From Candidatus Bathyarchaeia archaeon (lineage in GTDB: Archaea > Thermoproteota > Bathyarchaeia > Bathyarchaeales > Bathycorpusculaceae): a DNA stretch of 64,000 bases. A program made the translations under genes and the position numbers. The notes beneath the pieces were generated by a model. The model made no database searches and was not told the origin of the DNA. It was given only the letters and a program-made list of their open reading frames with translations. The stretch is from the NCBI GenBank assembly GCA_038883855.1, contig JAVZLH010000002.1, positions 32,001 through 96,000 of the forward strand, given 5' to 3'. Numbering within the stretch: the stretch's first letter is position 1; every line of letters begins with the position of its first letter. Positions 9,439-21,584 of the stretch are shown in pieces.

Positions 9439-9729
9439 GTGGGCGCCATATTCTTCGTGGGAGGACTGCTTGAAATCGTAATAACAGTTGAAAATCCGGA
9501 ATGGTTTCTGATAATTCCCTATCACATCACTCCACACCCTTACAGCTTGCTTGGCTTAACACTAATATTGCTGGGCATTGTTCTTTTATGCGCAGGCATG
9601 CTTATTAGCGTCCACTACGCGCGTGAACGAGGATGGTACATGAAGGAGTTGCATAAAGCTCACGCAACTGAAGAGAAAAAATTGAGAACGTCGAGGATTA
9701 GAGAAACCCAACAAAAGTCTACGGATTAA
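9439..9729 (+). CDS. Small membrane protein, N-terminus possibly disrupted
   Basis: Two TM segments and a charged tail; upstream frame interrupted. Confidence 0.5.
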   Translation: MGAIFFVGGLLEIVITVENPEWFLIIPYHITPHPYSLLGLTLILLGIVLLCAGMLISVHYARERGWYMKELHKAHATEEKKLRTSRIRETQQKSTD

Positions 9730-9916
9730 CCCTTGACAACAGCAATATACTCAATACTCTCTAGACGCAATTATATCCAGAATAATCGATGCACGCAAGC
9801 AAAATCGAAATTTAAAACAGGCTAATTTTAGTGAAGAAACCTTTACTTTTTATTAGTAAAAAATTTTTTACGGAAAGAGTTTAATCTTTTTCCACTTAGG
9901 TATTTCATGATGAGTT

Positions 9917-11208
9917 ATGTCTGATTTCGAAGAGGACACCTATTCGGTTATCTTTTCTTCTTTGAAGCATCCGATTAGGCGCCGCATTCTTAGGATGCTG
10001 ACTAAGGGCCCATGTAGTTTTTCAGAATTACAGGAGGAGTTACGTATTGAGAGCAGCCATTTGACCTATCATTTAGAAAGTCTTAGGCATTTAATTATCA
10101 AAAATGATGATGGACGGTATACACTGTCTTCTTTTGGCGAAGCGGCAGTTTCCATGATGCATGATGTGGAGGAAGGCCCGATAAAAATTCCATTTCATGT
10201 CGCATTCAGTTATCGTGCTTTGCTTTCATTGGTGATGCTTGGTGGTTTTTGTATTTTCAGTTCATAGCCATTGATCATCAATTTTTTCTTTTCTTCATGT
10301 TTTCATCTTTCATTTTTCTATTCTTTGGAGCAGTTTTTGTTGTTTCAGGCGGCTTCTGAAGCTCATGCGCGAAGGCGCAAGATATCCTGAACAGCGTTGC
10401 TCTCTTTTGCATAGCCGCCATATCAGTTGCTGCTTATTCACTTGCAACCTTGCCTAGAGGAGGTGTTAGACAGACCCATTATTGGGAACCGAAGAGTTTT
10501 TCGATAATCGCCACCAGATTTACTGGACCTGGCACTTATATGGGGAGCAATTATCCCCCTGAACAGATATATTCATCTGATTACGCAGTTGGGTACGTGG
10601 CTGCTTTTGCCAACTGGGATCCTAGTGGCTTATTGGTAATTTCTACCGATGAGCCTGTGAACTTGAACGGAACTTTGTATGCAGCTCTCGAATTTACCGC
10701 TGCGCCTGGAACTTTCAGGGAAATTAGATTTGCGCCTATCACATTCGTTAATAGCTCAACGGCTTTGGTGGATCTTAGCAGTTTATATTTCTGGGGCTGG
10801 GGCAGTGAGTTTGCGTACGGTGGACACCGAGTTAGGGTTGATTGGTATAAGATCGAGTTGTTGATTAGTTTGTGGCTTAACGGTGACGATTATGGAAGTG
10901 CCATTAACTTCACTTTAAAGCCAACTACTGGAATACTTGTGTATGATTTTATAGTGGATTCTACACTGCAGAATACGGCAGCTATTCTTCTATGCGGAAT
11001 TTTCGCCACCATTTACGGCTACGTACCTGCAAAAGCTTTGAAGCCTAGTTTTGACAGGAAAGTTATGCCTAAGCTGAACCGATTTTTACTTCGCGTATTT
11101 AAAGGGCAAGAGACCCGAAGAAGTTTTCTTAAGAAATGTGTTAATTGTGGCAAGAACATTCCGATTGCTTCTGAACAGTGTCCATACTGCAATGCAGAAC
11201 AGAAATGA
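9917..11208 (+). pseudogene. Broken ArsR-type wHTH / membrane / C-terminal zinc-ribbon protein (fragments 9917-10267 and 10450-11208)
   Basis: LKHPIRRRILRML..SFSELQ..SSHLTYHLESL wHTH. A frameshift near 10250 and an in-frame TGA at 10357-10359 separate it from the downstream part ending CVNCGKNIPIASEQCPYC. Confidence 0.6.
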
Positions 11209-11414
11209 ACACCTAAAACCTTTACTTAAATAAGGGCTGGCGTATTGGCTGTACCCCAAAACAACGTAGCGAATTCTCCCATCAAATCCAATGAGTTTGT
11301 CGAGGACACGAGCATATTTTCGTTGTGATAACCCAACGTGATATATCTCTCGATGCAGCCCATAAAATATTAATTCATGTATGATTGATGGAAGGGTGAA
11401 GGATTGTGTTGACA

Positions 11415-12238
11415 ATGATTGATAAGTCTGAGGATAGGAATTTGGTGTTGTTCTTCTTGGTTGCTTTTGCATGGTCGTGGTTTTTCTGAACACCGCAGAT
11501 ATTGGGTTTTAACTTTTATGTGGCTCCATTTGGTCCATGTATGGCTGCTTTTCTACTTACCCATCTTCAAGAGTGTTATAGAGGAGTTAAGAGGTTGTTG
11601 GTAAAAGGGTTCGACCCAAGGATAAGAAAAGTCTGATATGTTCCTGCCTTTTTGTTATGGCCCATTATTGCAGGCTTTTCCATTTTGGGAGCGTCGTTGA
11701 CTGGGGGTCTACTCCTGAGCTGGTCACCCTGTTTCAGCCATGGCTAATTCTTTGGAATTTTATCTACATATTCTTTCTCGGCGGTCCTTTTCAAGAGGAG
11801 TTCGGATGGAGTGGTTACGCGCTTCCACGTCTCCAGGCGCGCTACTCGGCCCTTATCTCCAGCGTGGTTTTAGGAGTGATATGGGCTATTTGGCATCTAC
11901 CTTTGAACCTAATGTATTTTGCGGGTCCCCAATACCAAGTTGGACTTGCATGGCTGTCTAGCACAGTTATTCTGTTCATTTTCGTATCAATACCCTTCAC
12001 TTGGATATACAACAATACTGGCGGCAGCATCTTAACCGCTTTAATATTCCACACAATGCTTAACCTTTCAACCTATGTTATCTTCCCAGTCTTTGAAACA
12101 GAAAACGGCCCAGCCTACTACTTCTTCTTAATAATCTTTGTTGCCATAATTATTTTAGCGATCTTTGGAACAAAAAGAATGGTTCGAGATAAAAACCAAG
12201 TTAAAACTGAAATCAATAGTCGTGATAATTTTGGATAG
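11415..12238 (+). pseudogene. CPBP/Abi (CAAX type II) intramembrane protease, disrupted
   Basis: MIDKSEDRNLVLFFLVAFAWSWFF* followed by frameshifts; EEFGWSGYALP (conserved R lost), WAIWHLP, FHTMLN. Confidence 0.8.
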
Positions 12239-12787
12239 GTTCATTATTTACTATTTCAGCTTGGTTTTGTTAATTGGCGGTTTGGCCTACGCTCCGTGGG
12301 TTTTGGCTTCGTATGGCATGTTTCCTTCCGAGCCCGTTTTTGTTTTTGTGATTGTTGGTGGTGTCTCTCCAACGATTGCCGGCTTATAATGGCCAAACTT
12401 GAATTTGGGGGAGGAGCAGCAGAATATTTGTTCGGTCAGTTTGGTCGTAAGGGCTTTTCAAAATTATGGTTTTTAGTGGCTGTTTTTGTTCCTTTGGTTC
12501 TTGCAGTCTTTGTAGTCTTGTTACGGTCTATAGTTGGAGGAACATATGCTCTGGACTTGATGAAGCTGATTGAGTTTCCGCCGATTCTAATTGTAAGCTT
12601 CTTGACGAACATGTGGGAAGAAATAGGATGGAGAGGCTATGCTTTACCTGCACTGCAAAAGAAACACGATGCGCTAATTTCGAGCCTAATTGTTGGGGTG
12701 TTTTGGGCATTCTGGCACTGGCCACATTTTGCAGTCAAAGATAGCGCCATGGCAGTTAACTATCATAATAATTATTTTTGCATTTAA
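12230..12787 (+). pseudogene. Second CPBP/Abi protease, frameshifted and truncated
   Basis: GGVSPTIAG / WEEIGWRGYALP..WAFWHWPH; ends before the HxxxN motif. Confidence 0.8.
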
Positions 12788-13015
12788 ATCGGATTCTCTA
12801 TCCAGGAAAAAGAGCAATACTCCACTAACGGCTAAACTGGCACGATACTTAAATTTCATGATGCAAGTGAATTTTAAAAGTTCTTTTAACGATGAATAAA
12901 AAGAAGCAATAAACTCGTGAGGATATGGCAAAGCTAAAATGAACTTAGTTTAAGGAAACAACACAGATTGAAAAAAGTAAAAAGGAAAGAAATAGGAATG
13001 GTAAGGGTGGATTAC

Positions 13016-13069
13016 TTACGGTGGTCCTCGATCGGTTATTTTGTATCTGAGCACTTTTTCCATTATCAT
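13016..13069 (-). CDS. 17-aa micropeptide MIMEKVLRYKITDRGPP
   Basis: GGAGGTGATC SD (13082-13073) just ahead of ATG, BRE/TATA (CGAAAAAC TTATATAT) at ~13137-13122, and a long pyrimidine/T-rich tract after the stop. Confidence 0.7.
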   Translation of the reverse strand: MIMEKVLRYKITDRGPP

Positions 13070-13086
13070 ACAGATCACCTCCATTA

Positions 13087-13175
13087 TTCTCGTTTTTTCA
13101 TTTTTATAATGTGAGAAAAAGATATATAAGTTTTTCGCATTGTAACAAAATTTTAAAACGAGAAAAATTTATAAA
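13087..13175. promoter_or_regulatory. Divergent promoter with nested inverted repeats (putative operators)
   Basis: TTCTCGTTTT (13087-96) / AAAACGAGAA (13155-64) perfect IR; inner AATGTGAGAAAAA / TTTTTCGCATT; TATA boxes at 13122-29 (-) and 13168-75 (+). Confidence 0.65.
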
Positions 13176-13215
13176 CCACACCTACAAGTAGCATAATAAA
13201 GTGTGGTGATTAAAA

Positions 13216-13599
13216 ATGATCAACAAGGGATATTCGATCGAGATCAAATCTGAGAGTAAAACAGTTGAAGTTAACTTCACTTCAGCCATTAGCTTTGATA
13301 TGGTAGAGGAGGCACTAAACCAGTTAAGAAAGTATATTGCAGAGGATTATCGAATTAAGTTGATAGGCTACATTAATAGGGAATACAACTATCTTAGAGC
13401 CTTCATGCTGGCTCTTTCACTTTTTGGTAATGAGAGTCGTGTAATTTTTGTGAATAAAGCAAGATTCAATAGGGCTGAAAGAAGGCTAAAAAAGAGACAA
13501 ATGCAAGAGCTGAGGAGCAAGGGCTATAATGTTAAACAAATATCCGAGGAATTGGGTGTACCTTTGAAAACAATCTATAGATGGCTTATGGAGAGATGA
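13216..13599 (+). CDS. Uncharacterised protein with an N-terminal alpha/beta domain and C-terminal resolvase-like HTH
   Basis: LRSKGYNVKQISEELGVPLKTIYRWL HTH; GGTGA SD and TATA upstream. Confidence 0.85.
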   Translation: MINKGYSIEIKSESKTVEVNFTSAISFDMVEEALNQLRKYIAEDYRIKLIGYINREYNYLRAFMLALSLFGNESRVIFVNKARFNRAERRLKKRQMQELRSKGYNVKQISEELGVPLKTIYRWLMER

Positions 13600-13617
13600 C
13601 GATAATGTCAAAAGTTG

Positions 13618-13974
13618 CTAAACAAGGAGAACTGATATTATTCCACTTAGGAAAATACCGTCAAAGTTCCGGTTCCGCCCGATACTTGCTATTCTAGCAC
13701 CTATCTCCGGAATTTTGTGCAAGTTTGATATATCTGCGCCGATTAAAGTGCCGAATACTCCAGAAGCGTATGCTATAATTGCTGGTGCGCCTGAAGGTAA
13801 AAGGTACGCCATATAAGCCGCTGTTAACGGCGGGACAAAGGCTGGTGTAACAATTCCTAAACCCTTAACAGGTTTGGCAACAAGGTGCGTAACTAATGCC
13901 AAAATCCTCAAAGAACCAGCTTCTGAAGAACGGAAAACGTCTCCTCCTAAACCATTCAGGGAACTCCTCATCAA
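13618..13974 (-). pseudogene. DUF1614 membrane protein, C-terminal remnant
   Basis: AKPVKGLGIVTPAFVPPL..AYASGVFGTLIGADI.NL..ASIG...FDGIFLSG; N-terminal half missing. Confidence 0.7.
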
Positions 13975-14095
13975 AAGACATCTTTCTAATTCCTTAATAT
14001 AAAAAGGAGCCCTACCTTATAAAATTTTGTACTAAGGAAGAAAATATGGAAACTTTTAACAGCAGAACCAATAGGGTTAAATCGCATAAAATTAA

Positions 14096-16330
<2,235 letters not shown>

Positions 16331-16506
16331 AACGCGATAATCCTTCAAAAATTTAAAAATAATGCTGATTTGTGATTAAGCGCTTTACACGAAAATTTCA
16401 GCGAGTTTTTCTTTATAGATTTCGGCTTCTTTATCAAAACTCTTTTAATTGCAGAGCGAATTTTGGTCCATATTATTTTGTCCCGTTTTTGTCTAAAAAA
16501 TGCTAA

Positions 16507-16940
16507 GTGACTTATTGCTGCTTTTCGGCTGGACTACTTTTAATCCAATCCTCTCAGGCTGTTGCATGTCCACAGTGCGGCTCAACTAAAATCATATATG
16601 ATGGAAAAAGGTATTATAAGCAAACAATTATTCAGCGCTACCTTTGCAAAAACTGTTACCCAAAACTAAAACAAATTCATTTGCACATGTTTCACCATTG
16701 GAAAGCCACAATGGAATATCACCGCGCAAAAACATAAAATGGGCCCAACAACTTCTGGGACACAAGAAACTTGAAAACACAGACTTTTACACGCAGCTAA
16801 TAAACTTTGAAAGCGACGAATGGCACGTGGCCACAGCCCACAATCATATAAGAAGAAAAGAAGCTAATTGAGGCATGTTTTAAATTTGTCCGTTACAGTG
16901 AAAAAGACGAAGTGGCTATATACTGCAAAAGAAAATAAAA
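16507..16940 (+). mobile_element. Internally deleted tyrosine integrase remnant abutting tRNA-Val
   Basis: CPQCGS...IQRYLCKNC Zn ribbon joined to FHHWKATMEYHR / QQLLGHKKLENTDFYTQL (catalytic H and Y); frameshifted. Confidence 0.75.
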
Positions 16941-16970
16941 TATTCAAGCTCCGCAGTAGACTAGTTCAGT

Positions 16971-17045
16971 GGGCCGGTAGTCTAGCTCGGTTAGGACATC
17001 CGCTTGACGTGCGGAAGGTCACCGGTTCAAATCCGGTCCGGCCCA
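16971..17045 (+). tRNA. tRNA-Val(GAC), no encoded CCA
   Basis: GGGCCGG/CCGGCCC-A acceptor, TCCGC-TTGACGT-GCGGA anticodon arm, ACCGG TTCAAAT CCGGT. Confidence 0.95.
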
Positions 17046-17693
17046 CTTAAATTTTTAAGTGAATCCTTAAAGAAGCCAAAGTGGAAGCCTTTAAAAGCAT
17101 GGCTAAAAGCCTCCTGTAAGGTATTAATACTTCAAATACTTCTCTTTAAAATGCTTAAGCATGCTCTAGCTCTGCTTGTAAAACATCCATAGGCGGAGCG
17201 TTGCTTGAAACGGAGACTTGGTCTCAACAGAGAAGTCAATTACATCGCGAACATCGCCAACGCTTCGCTTGCCGAAACTACTTCATAGGGTATGAGCGCT
17301 TTTCTACTAATCGAGAAAGAAGCCAAAATTAACAATTTTCATGAAAAGCAGATTCCAAAACTAGTTTCTGCGCGTGGGTAAATTAGCACAATGCGCTCGA
17401 AAAACACATGCACACTACAGTGCGGGAGAAGCAAAGCATACACTTAAACAATTACATGTAAAACCTCCAAGAAATCAATCCGCAAAAACAGGAAAAAGGG
17501 AAAATGGAAAGTCCCAGCTAAAAGTATAGGTTACCGCTTGGGCAATGTTTTCTCCTTTGTTACCCTAATCCATCTGGTTAACGATGTCTAAGAGAAGAAC
17601 TATATGTTGTAAACGTATTGGTTAAAGGCTAAACTTTGGTTTGAGGATTAAAAGGTTTTATAAGTCATTGGGAGAATTCTCTTGTGATGGCGT

Positions 17694-18677
17694 ATGACTA
17701 AGTCTGTTGAGATTTCTAGGTTGGAGATTGAGATATTGAGGATTTTGAGCGAGTCAGCTGAGCCCATCGGGTCGAGGTTGCTTCAGCGGGAATTGGAGAA
17801 GAGGGGCTTCTTTCTGAGCGAGAGGACTGTGAGGTATCATCTTCAATTGTTGGAGTTGAAGGGTTTGGTTGCTGGGCATGAGCGAAGCGGGAGAACTCTG
17901 ACTAGTCAGGGGTTGGAGGAGCTTAGCGGAGCTTTGGTTTCTCAAAGGGTCGGCTTTGTTATCACCCGTTTCTTGTCGATGGCTTGTTCCGTTACTTATG
18001 ATTATATCGCTGATTCTGGGATGGTTGTTGCGAATGTTTCCATCGTAGATAAGTCTTTTCATGAGAAAATGATGAATATAGTAAAGGATTTGCATGTTGC
18101 GAATTTGCTTTTGGCTCCTTGCATTAAGATTTTAGATGAGAATGAAGAGTATCAGAACATTGTTGTTCCAGAGGGAAAGATTGCTCTTTTCACAATTTGC
18201 GATCTAACCGTGGACGGGGTGCTTATCCGCTCTGGGATCCCTTTATTTTTTAAGTATGGTGGTTTGGTTCAGATGGTGAATGGTAAACCTTTACGTTTTG
18301 TTGATATGATATCCTATGAGGGGACAACGATTTCTCCGCTTGAGCTTTTCGTTAGAAGCAATCTAACTTCGGTTTTGAAGGTTATTAAAACCGGATCAGG
18401 GGTTTTGCCTGTAGGTATGAGGGAGATTGTGAATGAAGCCAGGGAGAGAACATTTAAAATTGTTTCAACGTTGAAGGATAGGAAGTGGGGAGGCGTTTTG
18501 GCTTTGGGCGTTCCAAACGAGCCTGTGCTCGGCGTGCCAGTATCCATGGACAGGTTTGGGTTATGTATGGTTGGCGGCCTTGCTCTGGCAGCAGCTCTCT
18601 TGGAGGGGGGAGCGGACATTGAAACTTTTGCTTCTTACTGTTTAGTTCCCATCGAGGAAATGAAAAGGATAGGCTGA
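17694..18677 (+). CDS. nrpR: NrpR-family nitrogen regulator (wHTH plus one NRD/DUF128 module)
   Basis: EILRIL..PIGS..LSERTVRYHL HTH, GMVVAN, TICDLTVDGVL..GIP, ISYEGTTISPLELF, VGGL. Confidence 0.88.
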   Translation: MTKSVEISRLEIEILRILSESAEPIGSRLLQRELEKRGFFLSERTVRYHLQLLELKGLVAGHERSGRTLTSQGLEELSGALVSQRVGFVITRFLSMACSVTYDYIADSGMVVANVSIVDKSFHEKMMNIVKDLHVANLLLAPCIKILDENEEYQNIVVPEGKIALFTICDLTVDGVLIRSGIPLFFKYGGLVQMVNGKPLRFVDMISYEGTTISPLELFVRSNLTSVLKVIKTGSGVLPVGMREIVNEARERTFKIVSTLKDRKWGGVLALGVPNEPVLGVPVSMDRFGLCMVGGLALAAALLEGGADIETFASYCLVPIEEMKRIG

Positions 18678-18712
18678 TTAATTATAAAAATAAGAATGAA
18701 ACTGGGCTATGT

Positions 18713-20098
18713 TTAATGTCTTAAAATGTATGCATTTATTGATTGTGCTGCTCTTTTTCCTGCTTCTATGGCTTTTATGACCGATGCTGCCCCGCTTACC
18801 ACGTCGCCGCCTGCGAAAATTCCGTTTGACACTTCTAGGGTTTCTTGGTTTACGGTTATTGTTTTGCTCTTTTCTGCAATTTTAATGCTCCGCGTGGTGT
18901 TTGCTGCTGCGATTGTGTTAGGTATATGTTCCGTTGCAATGATGACTGTTTCTGCGCTGTAGAGGAATTCTGAGCCTGGTTCTGGAATTAGCTTTGGTTT
19001 ACCTGTTCTGTCTGGTTGTCCCGGCTTTAACTTTACGAGTTCTACGAGTTTTACCCATTGTTTCTCATCGCCTATAAGCCTGACAGGCTTTGTGGATTGT
19101 TGCAGTTTTACGCCCTCTTCTAACCCTCGCCTTATGTCGTCGGCCCTACCGACAACTTTCCTCTGGTAGAATATACAAGCTTCCTCGGCTCCAAGCCTGA
19201 GAGCAGACCTTGCAGCATCCATCCCCCTTGCGCCCAGTATTGCAACTCTACCTCTAACCTTTATTGGAGTTTTACTTTTGTGGGGGAATAGGCCTGCTTT
19301 CATTAGATTTATTCTCAGTAGGAATTCGTTTAGGGAGTAGACACCGCATAAGTTCTCTCCTGGAATGCCTAAAAGCTTAGGTAAGCCTGCTCCAGTGCCT
19401 AGGAAAACAGCTTTGAAGCCCTCGTCGAAGAGGTCATCTATTGTGAGCGTCTTGCCCACAATAACGTTTGTTTTTATTTCAACTCCAAGCTTTTTAACAT
19501 AATCAATTTCTTTTTTAACAACTTTCTTTGGAAGGCGAAACTCAGGTATGCCGTAGATTAGGACGCCGCCTGGCTCATGCAGTGCCTCAAAAACGACTAC
19601 ATGGTGTCCCTTTTTCGCCAATTCTGTAGCCACGCTTAAACCTGCAGGTCCGCTTCCCACAACAGCCACGCTTTTCCCTGTTGACGGCGATGTTTCAGGA
19701 AGAGCCGCTCCAGTTTCTAATTCCCGATCGGCAACGAACCTTTCGAGGGCTCCTATGTTTATTGGGTCGCCTATGGTGTTTTTGCATCCCATGGCACATA
19801 AGGCTTCTTGTGGGCATACCCTTCCGCAGACTGATGGCATACAGTTTCTCTGCCGGATTTTTTCAGCTGCTTCCCGATAATTGCCTAGTCTGATGAGTTT
19901 TATAAATTCTGGTATGTCAACGTGTAGTGGACACATTTCCACACATAGGGGGCGTGTGCATTGGAGGCATCTTGCAGCTTCGGCTAAAGCCTGCTCTTCA
20001 GAGTACCCTAAAGCCACTTCATCAAAAGTTTTCAAACGCTCTTCAACTGGCAGCTCCGGCATCCTAACTTGTTTTAGTCTAAATTCTAGCTTTTGCAT
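18713..20098 (-). CDS. NfnB/SudA/GltD-like Fe-S flavoprotein with degenerate NADPH site
   Basis: RCLQC..CVEMCP, CGRVCPQE..C, GSGPAG, YGIPEFRLP, FAGGDVVSG; second dinucleotide motif reads LGARGMDAAR. Confidence 0.9.
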   Translation of the reverse strand: MQKLEFRLKQVRMPELPVEERLKTFDEVALGYSEEQALAEAARCLQCTRPLCVEMCPLHVDIPEFIKLIRLGNYREAAEKIRQRNCMPSVCGRVCPQEALCAMGCKNTIGDPINIGALERFVADRELETGAALPETSPSTGKSVAVVGSGPAGLSVATELAKKGHHVVVFEALHEPGGVLIYGIPEFRLPKKVVKKEIDYVKKLGVEIKTNVIVGKTLTIDDLFDEGFKAVFLGTGAGLPKLLGIPGENLCGVYSLNEFLLRINLMKAGLFPHKSKTPIKVRGRVAILGARGMDAARSALRLGAEEACIFYQRKVVGRADDIRRGLEEGVKLQQSTKPVRLIGDEKQWVKLVELVKLKPGQPDRTGKPKLIPEPGSEFLYSAETVIIATEHIPNTIAAANTTRSIKIAEKSKTITVNQETLEVSNGIFAGGDVVSGAASVIKAIEAGKRAAQSINAYILRH

Positions 20099-20925
20099 CT
20101 ACATTCACCTGTTATTTTTAGGGCGACTCTTTCTTCCTCGTCATACATGTGGATTCTGGCTCTGAACTCCTCAAAGTCCACTAGATGAGCGTCAAAGTCT
20201 GGGCCGTCGACGCATGCAAACATGGGTTTACCGCCAACTGTTACACGGCAACATCCACACATCCCTGTTCCGTCGACCATTAAGGCGTTTAGGCTGACGA
20301 TTGTTTTAATCTTATAGGGTTTAGTTGTCTCTGAAATTGACCTCATTAGAGTTGCCGCCCCCACGGCATAAACTAAATCAAACTTTTCCCCAGATTCCAG
20401 TAGGCTTTTTAGAACATCGCTAGCATAGCCCTTCACCCCTTCCGAGCCGTCATCGGTGACAACGTAGAGTTTGTCGCTTACCCCTTTAAGCTGGTCTTTG
20501 AAGATTAACTGTTTAGCTGTTCTGGCGCTGATTATGGCTGTCACGTTGTTGCCTACCTCCTTCATTTTCTTAGCCCTCTCGTAGGCTGCTGCAATGGCAA
20601 CTCCTCTACCGATTACACACGCTTTGCTGTGGATGGTGATTTCGCTTGGTTTTCCCAATGGTCCCACCAGATCGTGGATGACGTCTCCAACTTCTAGTTT
20701 TCCAAGCTCCTTCGTGGACGCCCCAGCCTCCTTAAACACTAGGGTTATTATGCCTTCCTTAGGATCCCAGTCTATCAGGGTTAAGGGGATTCTTTCACCA
20801 TCCTCATCCACCCTTAAAATTACGAATTGCCCTGATCTTGCCTTTCTCGCGATCAATGGCGCCCGCACTTTTATGAGCTTAACCTCTGGAGCCAACTCTT
20901 CCTTAAAGACTATTTCATTCGCCAT
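20086..20925 (-). CDS. NfnA/SudB/PyrK-like 2Fe-2S flavoprotein with altered NAD site
   Basis: GQFVILR, ERIPLT, GPLG, TDDGS, MVDGTGMCGCCRV, ACVDGPDF. Confidence 0.9.
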   Translation of the reverse strand: MANEIVFKEELAPEVKLIKVRAPLIARKARSGQFVILRVDEDGERIPLTLIDWDPKEGIITLVFKEAGASTKELGKLEVGDVIHDLVGPLGKPSEITIHSKACVIGRGVAIAAAYERAKKMKEVGNNVTAIISARTAKQLIFKDQLKGVSDKLYVVTDDGSEGVKGYASDVLKSLLESGEKFDLVYAVGAATLMRSISETTKPYKIKTIVSLNALMVDGTGMCGCCRVTVGGKPMFACVDGPDFDAHLVDFEEFRARIHMYDEEERVALKITGECRCKS

Positions 20926-21575
20926 GATTGATCACTCCAACCTTTATAAAAGCCCCTAGAAATCTCAACGACAACATCCCTTAGGAATTTTCCTGCATAA
21001 AGCAGGTCTGAGAAAACCCTTTTCAAATCTGTTCTTTCACCAAACAAGTTGTGCCTTTCCAGCGCTGCATCTAGAATTTCCTGAACAACCGGCATTTTCT
21101 GTCCATAAACTTTTCTTGCAACATTCCAACACCTGATAAAGTCGGAGTGGTCTAAACCTAGACTGAAATATTCCATTAGGACGGCATATGCCAGTTCTTG
21201 AGGTGAAAGCTTCCTTGAAAGCTTCGCCTCCCAGTAAGCCTTACCTTCATCAACCTTACCGGTGCTGTAAAGGTAGCTCCAGTAAATATATGAATAGAAG
21301 ATATCCACGGTTCTGTCTTGAAACTCTGGACAACTAACTCCAGGGTAATGTCCCCTCGCACATACAGCAACCCCGTCTATGTCTGTTCGATCCTCAAAAT
21401 TTTTACATTCTATGCAAAACCTTGTCTTTGACGCTGTAGCTTTAGCGCCTTCAAACCGGTCTTGAAATTCTTGGCAGGCAACACCCGGGCAATGTCCTCT
21501 GGCACATAAGACCACGCCGTCTATCTCCATCCTATCCTCAAAATTTTTGCATTCAACACAAAATCTGGAAACCAT
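20910..21575 (-). CDS. Unknown protein with two tandem Cys/His repeats and a helical C-domain
   Basis: RFCxECKNFEDRxxIDGVxxCARGHxPGVxCxEFQDR occurs twice; tightly spaced within the operon. Confidence 0.8.
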   Translation of the reverse strand: MVSRFCVECKNFEDRMEIDGVVLCARGHCPGVACQEFQDRFEGAKATASKTRFCIECKNFEDRTDIDGVAVCARGHYPGVSCPEFQDRTVDIFYSYIYWSYLYSTGKVDEGKAYWEAKLSRKLSPQELAYAVLMEYFSLGLDHSDFIRCWNVARKVYGQKMPVVQEILDAALERHNLFGERTDLKRVFSDLLYAGKFLRDVVVEISRGFYKGWSDQSWRMK

Positions 21576-21584
21576 ATTTATCGC

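Noticed and set aside
10357-10359. In-frame TGA as possible selenocysteine or readthrough
   Set aside because: No redox-motif context or evident SECIS, and a nearby frameshift indicates decay.
13073-13082. GATCACCTCC matches the 16S rRNA 3' end
   Set aside because: No flanking rRNA sequence; it is better explained as the minus-strand SD of the micropeptide.
16868-17192. Short ORFs 16868-17050 and 17004-17192
   Set aside because: They overlap tRNA-Val and integrase debris and have no protein motifs.
17050-17520. Intergenic stretch after tRNA-Val as IS remnant or ncRNA
   Set aside because: No terminal repeats, transposase motifs or convincing structure were recognised; left unassigned.
21310-21570. 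Direct DNA repeat as CRISPR or mobile-element repeat
   Set aside because: Only two copies, in frame, encoding the protein's Cys repeat; no CRISPR array or cas gene was seen in the window.
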